A stretch of DNA of 63,903 bases, counting the filler, from Octopus bimaculoides (taxonomy: Eukaryota): NCBI RefSeq assembly GCF_001194135.2. It is 8 parts of 7 records of this genome, joined end to end, with 100 filler letters (N's around TTAATTAATTAA, not from the genome) between each part and the next. Parts side by side here need not be neighbours in the genome. Positions count along the whole stretch, not along the records: positions 47,616 to 61,427 come from NC_068996.1; positions 61,528 to 62,797 come from NW_026378549.1; positions 62,898 to 63,903 come from NC_068999.1; 5 more parts are not named here. One strand, given 5' to 3'. Made by a program: the position numbers and the translations under genes. The notes below the pieces were generated by a model. The model was given only the letters and a program-made list of their open reading frames with translations, searched no databases and had not been told where the DNA came from. Numbering within the stretch: position 1 is the first letter of the stretch; every line of letters starts with the position of its first letter. Positions 53,000 to 63,903 of this stretch are shown one piece after another.

Positions 53000-54420
53000 A
53001 TTCCTTCATAACACAGTGTAGGTAAAAATGCACCTGAGTCTTTAGTCATCTGTCAGGTCACGACAAGGACATCAGACAGATAATACTTTCCTTAAGATGT
53101 ACGCTATGCCCAATAAGGCTGCTTTTTGCAAGACATCAATCTTGCATGGGATTTCCAGTTGCCTTTAAGAAGTCTTGAAGTTTCAATGGGATTGAGCCCA
53201 ACGCTCCGATCTCCACTGGTATCGCTTTTACATTACCCTCTCGCATTCCAAACAATCTCGCCATTTCCACTGTCATTTCGGAGTACTTGGTGAATTTTTC
53301 AACCCCTTTACTCACAATATTGTAGTCATTTGGACTGGCTGCATCAATGATCTGACAGTATTTGTCTCTCTTATTCAATATGACAATATCCGGCCGACGG
53401 TGTTCGAAAACACGATCCGTCTGAAAATCATAGTCCCAGAGTATCGTTACTTTTCCATCCTCNNNNNNNNNNTATGACAATATCCGGCCGACGGTGTTCG
53501 AAAACACGATCCGTCTGAAAATCATAGTCCCAGAGTATCGTTACTTTTCCATCCTCCTGCATAACTTTACTTGGTACATGCTCATACCAGTTCTCTGTTG
53601 CTTTATATTGGTATTTACGGTATAAGAGCCAATAGAGATACACACACATTTTATCGTGGAGGCGTTTGTATTCTTTTTGTGCAAGGCTCTCACATCCACT
53701 TACCAAATGGGTTACATTTTCCACACTCTTTCCACAGTCTGCATTTCTGGGTGTCAGAAGTTGTATAGATGTTATACTTCACTGAATTGGTAGCGAGAGC
53801 CTGATCTTCTGCAGCAATCATCAGGCTTTCGGTGGTACACTTCAAATCACCTCGCTTAAGCCATGCCCACGATGCTGTATTGTCCTTAACGTTTTGTGTA
53901 TTCCTTTCAAATTGTCCATGCATTCTTATTTCAAAAAGGTCTTCTTTTCTCTTCTCCTCAGCTCTTTGGTTAAATTCTGCTTTGCCCATCATTTCATCTG
54001 CATTTATACCCATATCTTTCGCGGCATATTGCAGCAGGTCTTCATCACTATTTATCAAATACTCGGCAAGCGTTCTCCTTTCACTCTTTATACAATGGTT
54101 TCTACTAATTAGTCCTCTGCCACTATTCTTTCTTTTCATATACAGTATGTTTACGTTTGCTCCGTGTGGCGCCCCATGCAGTGTCATGAGCTTTCTCGTC
54201 CTTCCATCCAGTGTTGATATTTCCTCCTTAGTCCATTTGAGGATGGACGCACTGTATTTGACCATCGCAACTGCCCAGATATTCATTGCGGTAATCAAAT
54301 GTTTGGCATTCAGGTTGGATTTCAACACCATCTTCACTCTTTTTTTGATAAGCCTCGCTGATCTTGACTTTCATTTCTCTGTGTAGAATGTCATCCAGTT
54401 CCAAAATCCCTTTATTATTG
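53000..54420 (-). mobile_element. R4/Dong LINE, 5'-truncated (RT C-terminus, CCHC knuckle, RLE)
   Basis: LKSNLNAKHLITAMN...GGR-like SGRGLIS...MHGQF...WLKRGDLKCTTESLMIAAEDQAL.TN...KCRLW..ENVTHLVSGC...ILWDYDFQTDRVFEHRRPDIVI...IIDAASP...IGALG. Confidence 0.93.
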
Positions 54421-54452
54421 TTGTTGTTGTTGTTGTTGTTGTTGTCGTTGTT

Positions 54453-54494
<42 letters not shown>

Positions 54495-54569
54495 GTCATT
54501 ATTGTTGTTGTTGTTCTGAAAGACTCGGATAGTTCTTAATTACCGCTTATTCTTTAGTTGAAAGCAGGC

Positions 54570-56150
54570 AATAACAAATCACCAAAGGTTTCAATTAATG
54601 CCTTCTCCTGTGTCTCAAAGAGACAATACTTTCCTTAGAATGCGAGCTGTACCCAACAATGCTGTCTTCTGGATCACCTCAAGCCTGACAGCATCTCCAA
54701 TATTCTTGATATGTTTTTCAAAGCCCTTGGAAACCGCTCCTAATGTTCCAATTACCACCGGTATCACCATCACTTTCCTCATGCTCCATAACTTTCCTCA
54801 TGCTCCATAACTTTCCTATCTCGTCCTGCGGTGGCTGGTATTTCTCAATCTTTTCTGTTTCCTTACATTCCACCCTCGAATCGCTTTGTATTGCCACATC
54901 TATTACCGTTACTTCTTTTTCATCTTTATGGATGAGCACGATACATGGTCGTCTCGCCGCTATGACTTGGTCGCACTGCATGTTAAAATCCCAGAGTATT
55001 ACGTAATGTTCGTTTTCCATTACTCCCTTGGTTTGTGTTCATACCATTGTTCGGTTCTCCCGAGGTTTGCTTTACCGCACAACAGCCAGTGGACATATAT
55101 GGCCATATTGTCGTGTCTCCTTTTGCATTCGCGTTGTGCGAGCTTACGGCACTCACTAACAATATGGCTTATACTTTCTCCCTTCTCAGAGCACATCCTA
55201 CACTGTGGCGAGTCAGCGCTTTTATCCATGTGATATTTGGAGTAGTCTGTTCTGATAGCATGTTCTTGAGCGCTGCACACTAATGCCTCAGCGGATCCTT
55301 TTAAGTCTCCTTTCTGCAGCTATTGTCAGGTCCTATTCCAATCAATCTCAGCTTTATTTTTCAGGAATTGACTGTGCATTTTCTTGTCCTGCCAAATTTT
55401 CTTCATCTGCTCTCTCTGGTCATTCCTAAATTGCGTTGGATCTACGGCTTCGTTCATTTTTAAGGTTCCCTGCATTTTCACTGCTTCAATCATTTCTTCT
55501 TTACTCCCCTTGACATACCAAACCAGGCTATTCTCCTCTTCCCTTACGCACCCTTCACAACACACCAATCCCCGTCCTCCTTCTTTCCTCTTTACATACA
55601 ATCTTGCCACATCATTCTTGGTATGCAGTTCCTTGTTCTTTGTCATTAATTTACGTGTTCTCCAGTCTATCTCTTGTAATTCATACTTCTTCCAAGATAC
55701 TATTTCTGCCCCATATCTCATCAAAGCAACCGCCTACGTGTTAATTGCTCTAATCTTATAGCGGCCATTTAGCTTCAATTAAAGCACAAGCCGTGTTCTC
55801 CTCAAATACTCTTTCCTGTACATTTCTTTCATCTCGTGTTCATTCATCTTATCTCTTTCAATTATACCCAGGTACTTATATCTTTCCTCTCCGACTTCTT
55901 TTATAGTTTCACCACTTTCCAGCTTGATCCCATGGCTTTTACTGATTTTCCCCCTTTCGAGAATCATTACTTCACATATTTCTCGATCCTAAATTCCATG
56001 ACAATATCTTTGCTAATCATTTGCACAGTTGCTGTCAAATTCTCAATTCCTTCGCGAATGGCTTCAGGTAATCCATAAACCACAGGTTGTTTGCTTTCAC
56101 TTTGCCTAGCATGTATTCCACATGCATCTTTCTTTAAACGCTCGTTAGTG
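54570..56150 (-). mobile_element. R4/Dong LINE, 5'-truncated (RT motif 5 to RLE)
   Basis: NLWFMDYLK (YMDD-like)...YKYLGI...KEGGRGLVCCE...MHSQF...QCRMCSEKGESISHIVSEC...ILWDFNMQCDQVIAARRPCIV...IDVAI...LLGTARIL. Confidence 0.93.
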
Positions 56151-56151
56151 G

Positions 56152-56205
<54 letters not shown>

Positions 56206-56222
56206 TATCATCATCATCATCA

Positions 56223-56274
<52 letters not shown>

Positions 56275-56469
56275 TATTATTATTATGTTGTTGTTGTTGT
56301 TGGTTTTTTTTCTTCTTTCTTCAAATTTTCTTCCATTTCTCGCCGAGTGTTTTCCGTATACCTAGGGCAGAGAAACCCAGTTTACACACGCAAATTCACA
56401 GGTAAAATATGTATTTTAAAAAAAATTGATAAATAAAAAAATTCATGAATGGATGTTGTTTTCACAGCG

Positions 56470-56600
56470 ATAATGCTCTTCTCAGTACATGAGTCGTTCC
56501 AGTTAACACGATTTTTTGCACTTCCTGTAGGGATGGTAAACCTGGTATCATTTTCAAATAGGCTTCAGTACCGTTTTTTATCATTCCTAGTGATCCTACA

Positions 56601-56605
<5 letters not shown>
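56470..56605 (-). mobile_element. R4/Dong extreme 3' end
   Basis: IVGSLGMIKNGTEAYLKMIPGLPSLQEVQKIVLTGTTHVLRRALSL*, abutting (ATT)n. Confidence 0.85.
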
Positions 56606-56649
<44 letters not shown>

Positions 56650-56659
56650 GCACTATTAT

Positions 56660-56885
56660 CTCGCGATCGTGATTACAATTCATAGAACGTGTGGTGCATT
56701 GTGTTTTTGAGCAAAACACTTCATCACACGTAGCTGTGTGATCACTTCGACACCTGACGCGTGGTATTCCGTGCACATGTTCAGGCAACGTCGATTTGAT
56801 GGAGAAAGTAAGCTAATATGCGGCACGAACGTTTGAGCATTATAAACAAATCATTGGTGCTGGTCGTTAGGCAAAAGCTGAACAT
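56660..56885 (+). mobile_element. tRNA-derived SINE (family shared with 47969)
   Basis: ttgagcaaaacacttcatcacac...tgttcaggcaacgtcgatttgatggag...ttataaacaaat. Confidence 0.75.
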
Positions 56886-57085
56886 TTACAAACTACAAAC
56901 AAGCCCCCTCCCTCCCTTCCGTTTTTTCATGCAAAAACTAATGCAATTTCGAACGAGGTATAGCTGTGAAAAGAGCCCCCCAAAATGGGTAAGACCTCCT
57001 GCAAAATGGGCGGAGGAGAAAAGTTGCCAACAGGTGGCTACACAAAATTCAACTCTATACTTTAAAGATTGTTTTCTACTATAAC

Positions 57086-57131
57086 CTCGGGCCGAGTGAA
57101 TTTGGTAGATGGAAACTGAAAGAAGCCTATC

Positions 57132-57167
<36 letters not shown>

Positions 57168-57398
57168 TATATTTTCATCTGTGTGTCTTCGTGTCTGTGT
57201 TTGTCCCAACCATCATCATCGCTTGACAACTGACGTTGGTGTGTTTGCGTCCCCGTAACTTAGCTGTTCGGCAGAAGAGACTGATAGAATAAGCATAAGG
57301 CTTACAGGGAATAAGTCCAGGGATCGATTTCTTCGACTAAAGGACAGTGCTCCAGTATGGCTACCATTAAATGACTGAAACAAGTAAAAGAATAAAAA
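57086..57398 (+). mobile_element. SINE with internal (TA)n, 5'-truncated
   Basis: gaatttggtagatggaaactgaaagaagcc...gtaacttagc.gttcggca...gctccagtatggc...tgactgaaacaagtaaaagaataa. Confidence 0.85.
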
Positions 57399-59549
57399 AC
57401 TACCAGAAGAATGTTCTGCACCACTAAACCAAGAAGGTTCTTTGAATACGTACGATGTATTTTAAGGCTAAATAGTAATTCTGTTTACATTTGCATAACT
57501 GAGATGTTTTGGTTGGATTATATAGTCATCGGTTTTACACGTTTTTCTATATTCTGTGTCACAATATAGAAACATTTCTCCTGGCACCAGCACACAATTT
57601 ACTGATGCTTGAATTTTTTATATTTTCCGTGAATTTTCACGGGTCCAGCTAGTTATTATTATCATTTATACTATTTTATAGTCTCAAACAACCAAATGTA
57701 CTGATTGGTTATATGTCAGAAATAACGTGAATCCAACAATCATCAAAAATGACTGAATGGAACAGAATAACCTGGACTCTTTGCTACTTAGCCTGAAAGC
57801 GTAAGACCCATTTTTTTAGATTGTAAGAGTGATATAAAAACCCGGAATGAAACTCATGAATGAAAGCTACAGACCAAAACCAAATAGGAAAGGACAAATT
57901 TAGATCATTTAGCCTATCGGAATTACGCCTCTGGGATCGGTTTCTTATAGTCAGTGGCAATAACGTCGTTCCAATATATATGATAACTGATAGTAGAGAG
58001 AATGGGATCGGTACGGGTGCAAGAAGAGGGGGGAAGATATGCGGCGGGTAGAGTGTTAACTTTAAAATTGTATGCGGTCGTGTAAATGCATCTCTGTTTA
58101 GACTTTTTCTTATATCGATACTGGATATGGAATTATAAAAATTCATATTAATTCTTTAATTGTGATGAGGGAAACAACGATCGCAGAAGTGCCGAAACTT
58201 GCTACCAGCTTGCTAAAGTATACTTGTGTTCATAAGTGAAGAAAACTTTACATTTCAAGTTTAGGCCGACCCCTTGGGTGAAAGGATTTCTTCAGCGTGA
58301 TTCTTTTCTCTACCAAGCAGAATTTGCATTTCTCACAGCTGTTAAAGGAAAGTTTACACTTTTCCGGTATCTTTCATTTGATGTAGAGTCCTAGTCTATG
58401 TTCTTTTGCCATCATTAAGCTTTCTGGTTGATTTGAAGAAGGCTTGACTGCAGTTTCTAGCATGAAGAATAACCATATAAAAGCTCTCGTATTTGTGAAT
58501 ATGTATGTATATGTTAGTAAAATTTGTTGCAAACAATGAATGTCAAAGGGAATTTTTAACAATATTTTTTTTCCCGTGGATTATAGCAACTTGAATATCG
58601 TAGCTCAAACTTTGTCACGCATTAACAAAATGTAAATGATAAGTTTTAGTGAATTATTTCTATTCATAAAAAGGAATGCCTTTATATTTAAAAAAAATAT
58701 TTCTTAGTTTATCCACAAATATTTAAGTGGAGAATATATCTACGTTCCAATCTGCAGAATTGATTGTTTTCGTGAAATAGTTTACCTTCCTCAATTGAAT
58801 AAATTAACTGTTCTGCTGATTAAAAATTTTAGTAAATCTCTGACTACCTTTATTACCTTCTTTTTCTTTAAGCCTCTGTCATTATCATTTTGTTTTCATT
58901 ACACAAAGTATTGTTATATTTGAGAGTGTAATTTGACCAAAAGTAAAACAGGAGCCATATTTTTCATTATGCGAGTGAGTTCAATAAATAAATTAAAGAA
59001 ATTCACTGCCTTTATTTGGTTTCTCCAAATAAATAACGTAAAACTCATCTTCATCTGAGAATAACGTGTGACGAACGCACAGACGGCTTGTATTTTCTTG
59101 TAAATATATTGTCTTGCAAGTTCATTAATTAGTCTCAAAATATCAGCTTCAAACAGAAACGTTTTTGGACAGCAGTTATATGGTCACAAGTATTTTAAAG
59201 AATATCATATTATACTTTCATGTTATCCTTAACATATGGCAGCAAGCAGAAATTATTTACCATCTGTTCGAAAGCATATATCGAGAAATTATGAGAACAA
59301 TTCCGTCTGCAAATTAATGTAATAGCATATTTTCTATTTAAAATTTCATAATGATAGTGGTTTGTGTAATTAAAAATTTTGTGTCAAGCTAAAAGTTAAA
59401 TCACAGTAAAATTTTTTTAATGGCTTCAAATTTATTTAGGTTAACCAGAAAAAAATAATTTATAAAACCATAGATAATGATTCTTATACTGAAAACCTAG
59501 GAATACAATGTTATAGCCTTATAACAAGGAATTAATTGAATAACCGTTA

Positions 59550-60024
59550 ATAGATTTCGCTTGTTACAGTGTTCAGCAGTATTCTTTCTCACGGACGCGC
59601 CAATTGACTTTTTTTTACCCTGCATACAATCCACGGATGTTAACGGTAACAAATAATGTTTGAATATCTTTGCCATGCTGTAAGCAGTCGACATTTGCCC
59701 GGCGCAGCAGTTTTTGGGGCCTTGTATCTTGTTGTTCTTAACACTTGCAAGTTTGCAGGGAGGGTGATGTTTATGTTCGATAAGTGCAGCACGCTTTCTC
59801 TCCAAAAGCTTTCAGTACTGTGGATGGTGTTCCTCAAAGAATTCCATTTCAGCTGTGCATTTCTGTCTGTCAGATCTGCAGATCGGGATCTTCCAGTAAC
59901 CTGATGAACTCTTCTGCTTTATTTATATGCGATGTTTGTCGAGTTCTTTCATAAAGAGTATCTTCTTTGACTAAGTAGAAACTGGCAGCTAACCAAAGAG
60001 TAACCCTCGTCACAGTTGACACTC
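59550..60024 (-). mobile_element. RTE LINE segment (endonuclease end and linker), inverted relative to the adjacent RT segment
   Basis: Minus strand: SVNCDEGYSLVSCQ...AQLKWNSLRNTIHST...KRAALIEHKHHP...ANLQVLRTTRYKA...DIQ...VNIRGLYAG*KK.SIGASVRKNTA. Confidence 0.7.
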
Positions 60025-60029
60025 TGGAA

Positions 60030-61115
60030 GGAGACAAAGGCAAGCGAATAAAAAGACGGGTGGAGCATTATTCCAAATTTTACTCCATAGAAAACAACAT
60101 CTCAGACTATGTGTTAGATACCGTGGAATGCCTGCCAATAATAAAGGAACATGGTGCACAGCCGACTGTTGTAAAACTGAGTAAATCCATTGACTGTCTT
60201 CCCACTAACAAGTCACCACGATTGGATTATATCCTCCAATGGCCATCAAGTGTGCAAAAAGCATTCTTTTGCATTTTGTGATCAAACTGTTGTGCTAGTA
60301 CTGGAAATAAGGAGCACTCCCACATAACGAGAAACTGTAATACTGTTACCCCGTGCAATAACAAAAGTGATAAAATCGACTGCAGCAACAACTGAGGAAT
60401 CTCGTTGCGGAGCATGATTATGGTGTTCTTCATTTGTCTGGCCGTAAAGAGATTGCAGGAGATAGCTGAAAGGCTATGTCTCAAGTCTCGCTACAGCTCC
60501 ACTTTAGAAAGCCTCATAATTAACTTGATTTGCCTTCGACAATCACTTAACAATCGACAGCCACTTCACAATCGCTTTCATCAATTCCAAGAAGGCCTTC
60601 GGCTTTATGATTAAAATTAGCCTATTCAGAACCTTGCTAAGATTGGGTACCTTCCGAGGTCACTCAAGATTGTTCAGTCATTCCACACAGACATCTTTAC
60701 TGCCATACTGAAGCGCGCCTTTTGAACATCAACTCATGGTGCTTACCTTCACACAAGATAAAATAGGAAACTGCTCAGCCAGTCTCCATTGAAGATAAAA
60801 GACAAATATACGACGCACTCATGAAGGATGATTCAACACTGGTAACACACTCAGAATAGCAACTGCCGTGCTTCATGGACAGTCTCGCAATAGCCTGTCA
60901 AACCTTTGGCTTGACCAACAGTGTGAAGAAGACAAAACTGCTGGACGAAGGTTTTCAAGACTCAGCAATTAACATCAACAACTGTAAACTGGAAGTTGTC
61001 TACGAGTTTACATACCGCGGCTCTACCATCACAGACAACATTCTCTAGTAACTGAGATAAATAGATGTATTGCAAAAGCTGCCTCAACACTAGCTTCATT
61101 GACAACGATAGTCTC
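60030..61115 (+). mobile_element. RTE LINE reverse transcriptase relic
   Basis: DKGKRIKRRVEHYSKFYSIENNIS...VECLPIIKE...KSP..D; DCSNN*GISLRS; later FGLTNSVKKTK...LEVVYEFTYRGSTIT. Confidence 0.85.
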
Positions 61116-61274
61116 GAATAAAAAAAGCGGCCTCTTATATACGAAAAGAAATAGTAGTGGTCGAAAAGGCACAGGGAGAAGACAGTGCGCTAGCGAGTCG
61201 GAAGCTGGACCGTATTTGTGAGTGATCTTATACTAATCAGTAGTGTGATTGTTTTCTGGATGAGGTGTAAGATG

Positions 61275-61323
<49 letters not shown>

Positions 61324-61382
61324 CTTAAATAAGAAAGGAAAAGGATACACTCCCTAATGTAACCCTTGGAATAGTTCAGTAA

Positions 61383-61427
<45 letters not shown>

Positions 61428-61939
61428 NNNNNNNNNNNNNNNNNNNNNNNNNNNNNNNNNNNNNNNNNNNNTTAATTAATTAANNNNNNNNNNNNNNNNN
61501 NNNNNNNNNNNNNNNNNNNNNNNNNNNCTAACACATAATGTATCTGTGTTAATAGATAAGCACATTTATTGCCCTTCAGGGAGATGAACATCGTTTTAAT
61601 GCTGCTATTTTCAGCAGCAATATATTTGTAAAATATTTCATAATCATCACTCAGTCAATCAATTCAGCTATTGATTTCTAATTGGTGGGTAAGTGTGTTC
61701 CTTTCATTTCTCCATAACGTTAGGTTGNNNNNNNNNNTGGGATTGGAAGATATCCAATTTTTGTCATATCCATTTCATTCCTCCATCTTGTTTGTTGTTT
61801 CTTTTGTTTCCCAGAATCCCCCCTCTCTCTCTCTCTTGTTATCATCTACCTATGACTTTGACAATAGCATTTTGTTTTGTTTGTTTTTGAATCCCATTCA
61901 TTTCTTTTTAGTCATCATCATCATCGTCATCATAATTTT

Positions 61940-62300
61940 TAATGTCTCCTTCTCATTGATTGCATGGGTCGGATAGAGTTTTCTGAAGCAGGTTTTCTAT
62001 GACCAGACATATTTTCACACAATACTGGAAATGAATGACATTTATTTACAACAATCATGAAGTCAAGACAAGGTGACACAAATATGCACTTACTCATACC
62101 TACATATATATAAATAATTACATACATATGTGTGTGTAACCAATAGGCTTCTTTCAGTTTCCATCGATCAAATCCCCTCACAAAAGCTTTGTCAACCTGG
62201 GACTTCAGTAGAAGACACCCAAGATGCTATGCAGTGAGACTGAACCTGAAACCATGTGATTCAGAAGCAGACTTCTCAACCACACAGCCATGCCTCTGCC
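61940..62300 (-). mobile_element. SINE(s), minus strand
   Basis: Reverse complement begins ggcagaggcatggctgtgtggttgagaagtctgct (family head as at 21925); also ggcttctttcagtttccatc. Confidence 0.7.
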
Positions 62301-62479
62301 TGTGCAGCCACACCTCTGTCCTTTCCTTATATGTGCTGCTCTTAACCTCCATCGTAAGTCTAGACAGATTCAGTGTTCCTGCATCATAAAAAATTCTCTG
62401 GTTGCAGACTAGTCTTTTAAGGTTTAGCAGCATTTAGTTTCAAAGATGAAAGTTGCCATTCCAAATACTTGACAGCTTA

Positions 62480-62790
62480 AATTCTTTTTGAAGAAGCCAC
62501 AGCTGAGATATATTTCAAAATGGCATGCTAGGAGTCTTCATCTCCAATTATCTTTGTTAATGTCTTCAAGTTCATGTTGTGTGTCTGCCAATAACATCCA
62601 TGTAACAGAGTGGTCTTTGTCCTCCTTTAGAGTATTGTACTTGCCAAAATATATCTGATATGGTCTGTTGTTCAGAATAAGTGTATTGACCAGCCAAAGC
62701 TACTCTGCATTGAGCAATGATAGAGTGGAATGTGTTCATAAATCTCCTCTTATGTCTTATGCTCATGCTATGAAATGTTTTGAGCCATTG
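62480..62790 (-). mobile_element. Possible LINE RT relic
   Basis: LCYMDV.. followed by frameshifted LLADTQHELED and KYLE, weakly resembling YADD..LLA...EL..YLG. Confidence 0.3.
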
Positions 62791-63031
62791 TGAAAAANNN
62801 NNNNNNNNNNNNNNNNNNNNNNNNNNNNNNNNNNNNNNNNNTTAATTAATTAANNNNNNNNNNNNNNNNNNNNNNNNNNNNNNNNNNNNNNNNNNNNATT
62901 TACATTGTTATTTAACTGAACGCCACACATCCATTTCCAAGTCAGTTTATCTTCGCCTATTTGATGCGTTTCTACTCTATACTGTTTTCTTCACCAACTC
63001 TTCTCTAATTCCTTTTTTCTCACCTTCACCA

Positions 63032-63088
<57 letters not shown>

Positions 63089-63599
63089 CCTTTTGTCCAT
63101 CATTCCTTTCCTCACGTGACCATCTTTCTTTTCCTGCATGACGTTCTAGAGACTGGACGTTTTCTGTCTCTCTCTTCTATCTTTTCTCTTTTTAAAGAAA
63201 ATATTTCTCCCAGCGTTCACTATTTTCCTCTCGTTCCGGTCAAACGACCCTCCATGGTTTGTTTTCGTTCGGTTTCCTGTTTATGTTCCCAACTTTGATC
63301 CTCCATAAATCCCAAATTTTATTTTGTAATTTATGGAAGCTACTGTCTTTGAAGACTGATATTGCCGTTGAATGCTCGAAATGAGGATTAGATAGACAGC
63401 CGACAACAGATGAAAAGTCCTTTAGCGTTTAAACACATGTATTGTGTCCTTTAAGTAAATAATATTTATCTCTCACCAGACGGAATACATTTTTTGTTGA
63501 ATTTTCTTTCTTGGATCAGTACGTTATACATACATACATACATACATACATACATGCATACATACATATATATATATATATACACACAGACACACACAC

Positions 63600-63815
63600 A
63601 CACACACACACATATTTGTGTGTTTGTGTCTATGTTTGCCCTCCATCACCTCCACAGTCGCTTGACAACCGATGTTGGTGTGTTTACGTCCTCGTAGATT
63701 AGCGGTTCGGCAAAAGAGACCTCGGGGTCGATTTGTTCGACTAAAACCCCTTAAGTTGATGCTCCAGCATGGCTGCAGTCAAATGACTGAAACAAGTAAA
63801 AGAATAAAAGAACAT
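63600..63815 (+). mobile_element. SINE 3' part (same family as 57086)
   Basis: cgcttgacaaccgatgttggtgtgtttacgtc...ttcgactaaa...gctccagcatggc.gcagtcaaatgactgaaacaagtaaaagaataaa. Confidence 0.85.
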
Positions 63816-63903
63816 AAAAATATACCAGTATTAGAGTAAAATAGGCGCATCTACGCGACAAATATATTCATTACAGTATAACAACAGTGTTTCATATCCA
63901 CAC

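Noticed and set aside
53380-53556. 83-bp direct duplication inside the R4/Dong element
   Set aside because: Identical copies flank a 10-N gap, typical of unmerged contig overlap.
58290-58400. piggyBac-like Cys-rich tail on the minus strand (GKCKLSFNSCEKCKFCLVEKR...SFH)
   Set aside because: Short, with imperfect Cys spacing and no TTAA/TIR or DDD domain nearby.
58900-59200. Tc1-like relic on the minus strand (YKKIQAV...TLFSDEDEF)
   Set aside because: Only one motif across a frameshift; insufficient support.
1-63903. CRISPR arrays, operons, rRNA or other prokaryotic systems
   Set aside because: No repeat-spacer arrays or gene-dense segments; content is typical animal repetitive DNA.

Overview
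AT-rich animal genomic DNA that is gapped and dominated by repeats. The SINE, LINE and microsatellite families look like octopod cephalopod (Octopus-like) sequence; this is recognised from memory, not from a database search. Most long ORFs in the supplied track are microsatellite or N-gap artefacts, and no intact protein-coding gene is recognisable. Supported content: one near full-length DD34D mariner with TIRs and TA target duplication; relics of Tc3-like, Tx1/L1-like (4), RTE (2-3), R4/Dong (about 7), CRE/Hero-like and Penelope-like (2) elements; about 14 tRNA-derived SINEs; and seven 100-bp placeholder gaps carrying a TTAATTAATTAA linker. Most notable observations: (1) two candidate + strand exons that would splice into a signal peptide; (2) an isolated perfect 28-bp inverted pair bracketing the second exon; (3) a 1-kb fold-back element with about 245-bp TIRs enclosing a TTAGGG tract; (4) an HDV-like ribozyme fold at the 5' end of an RTE; (5) an RTE copy with twin-priming-type 5' inversion geometry. 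All alignments and translations were done by eye.
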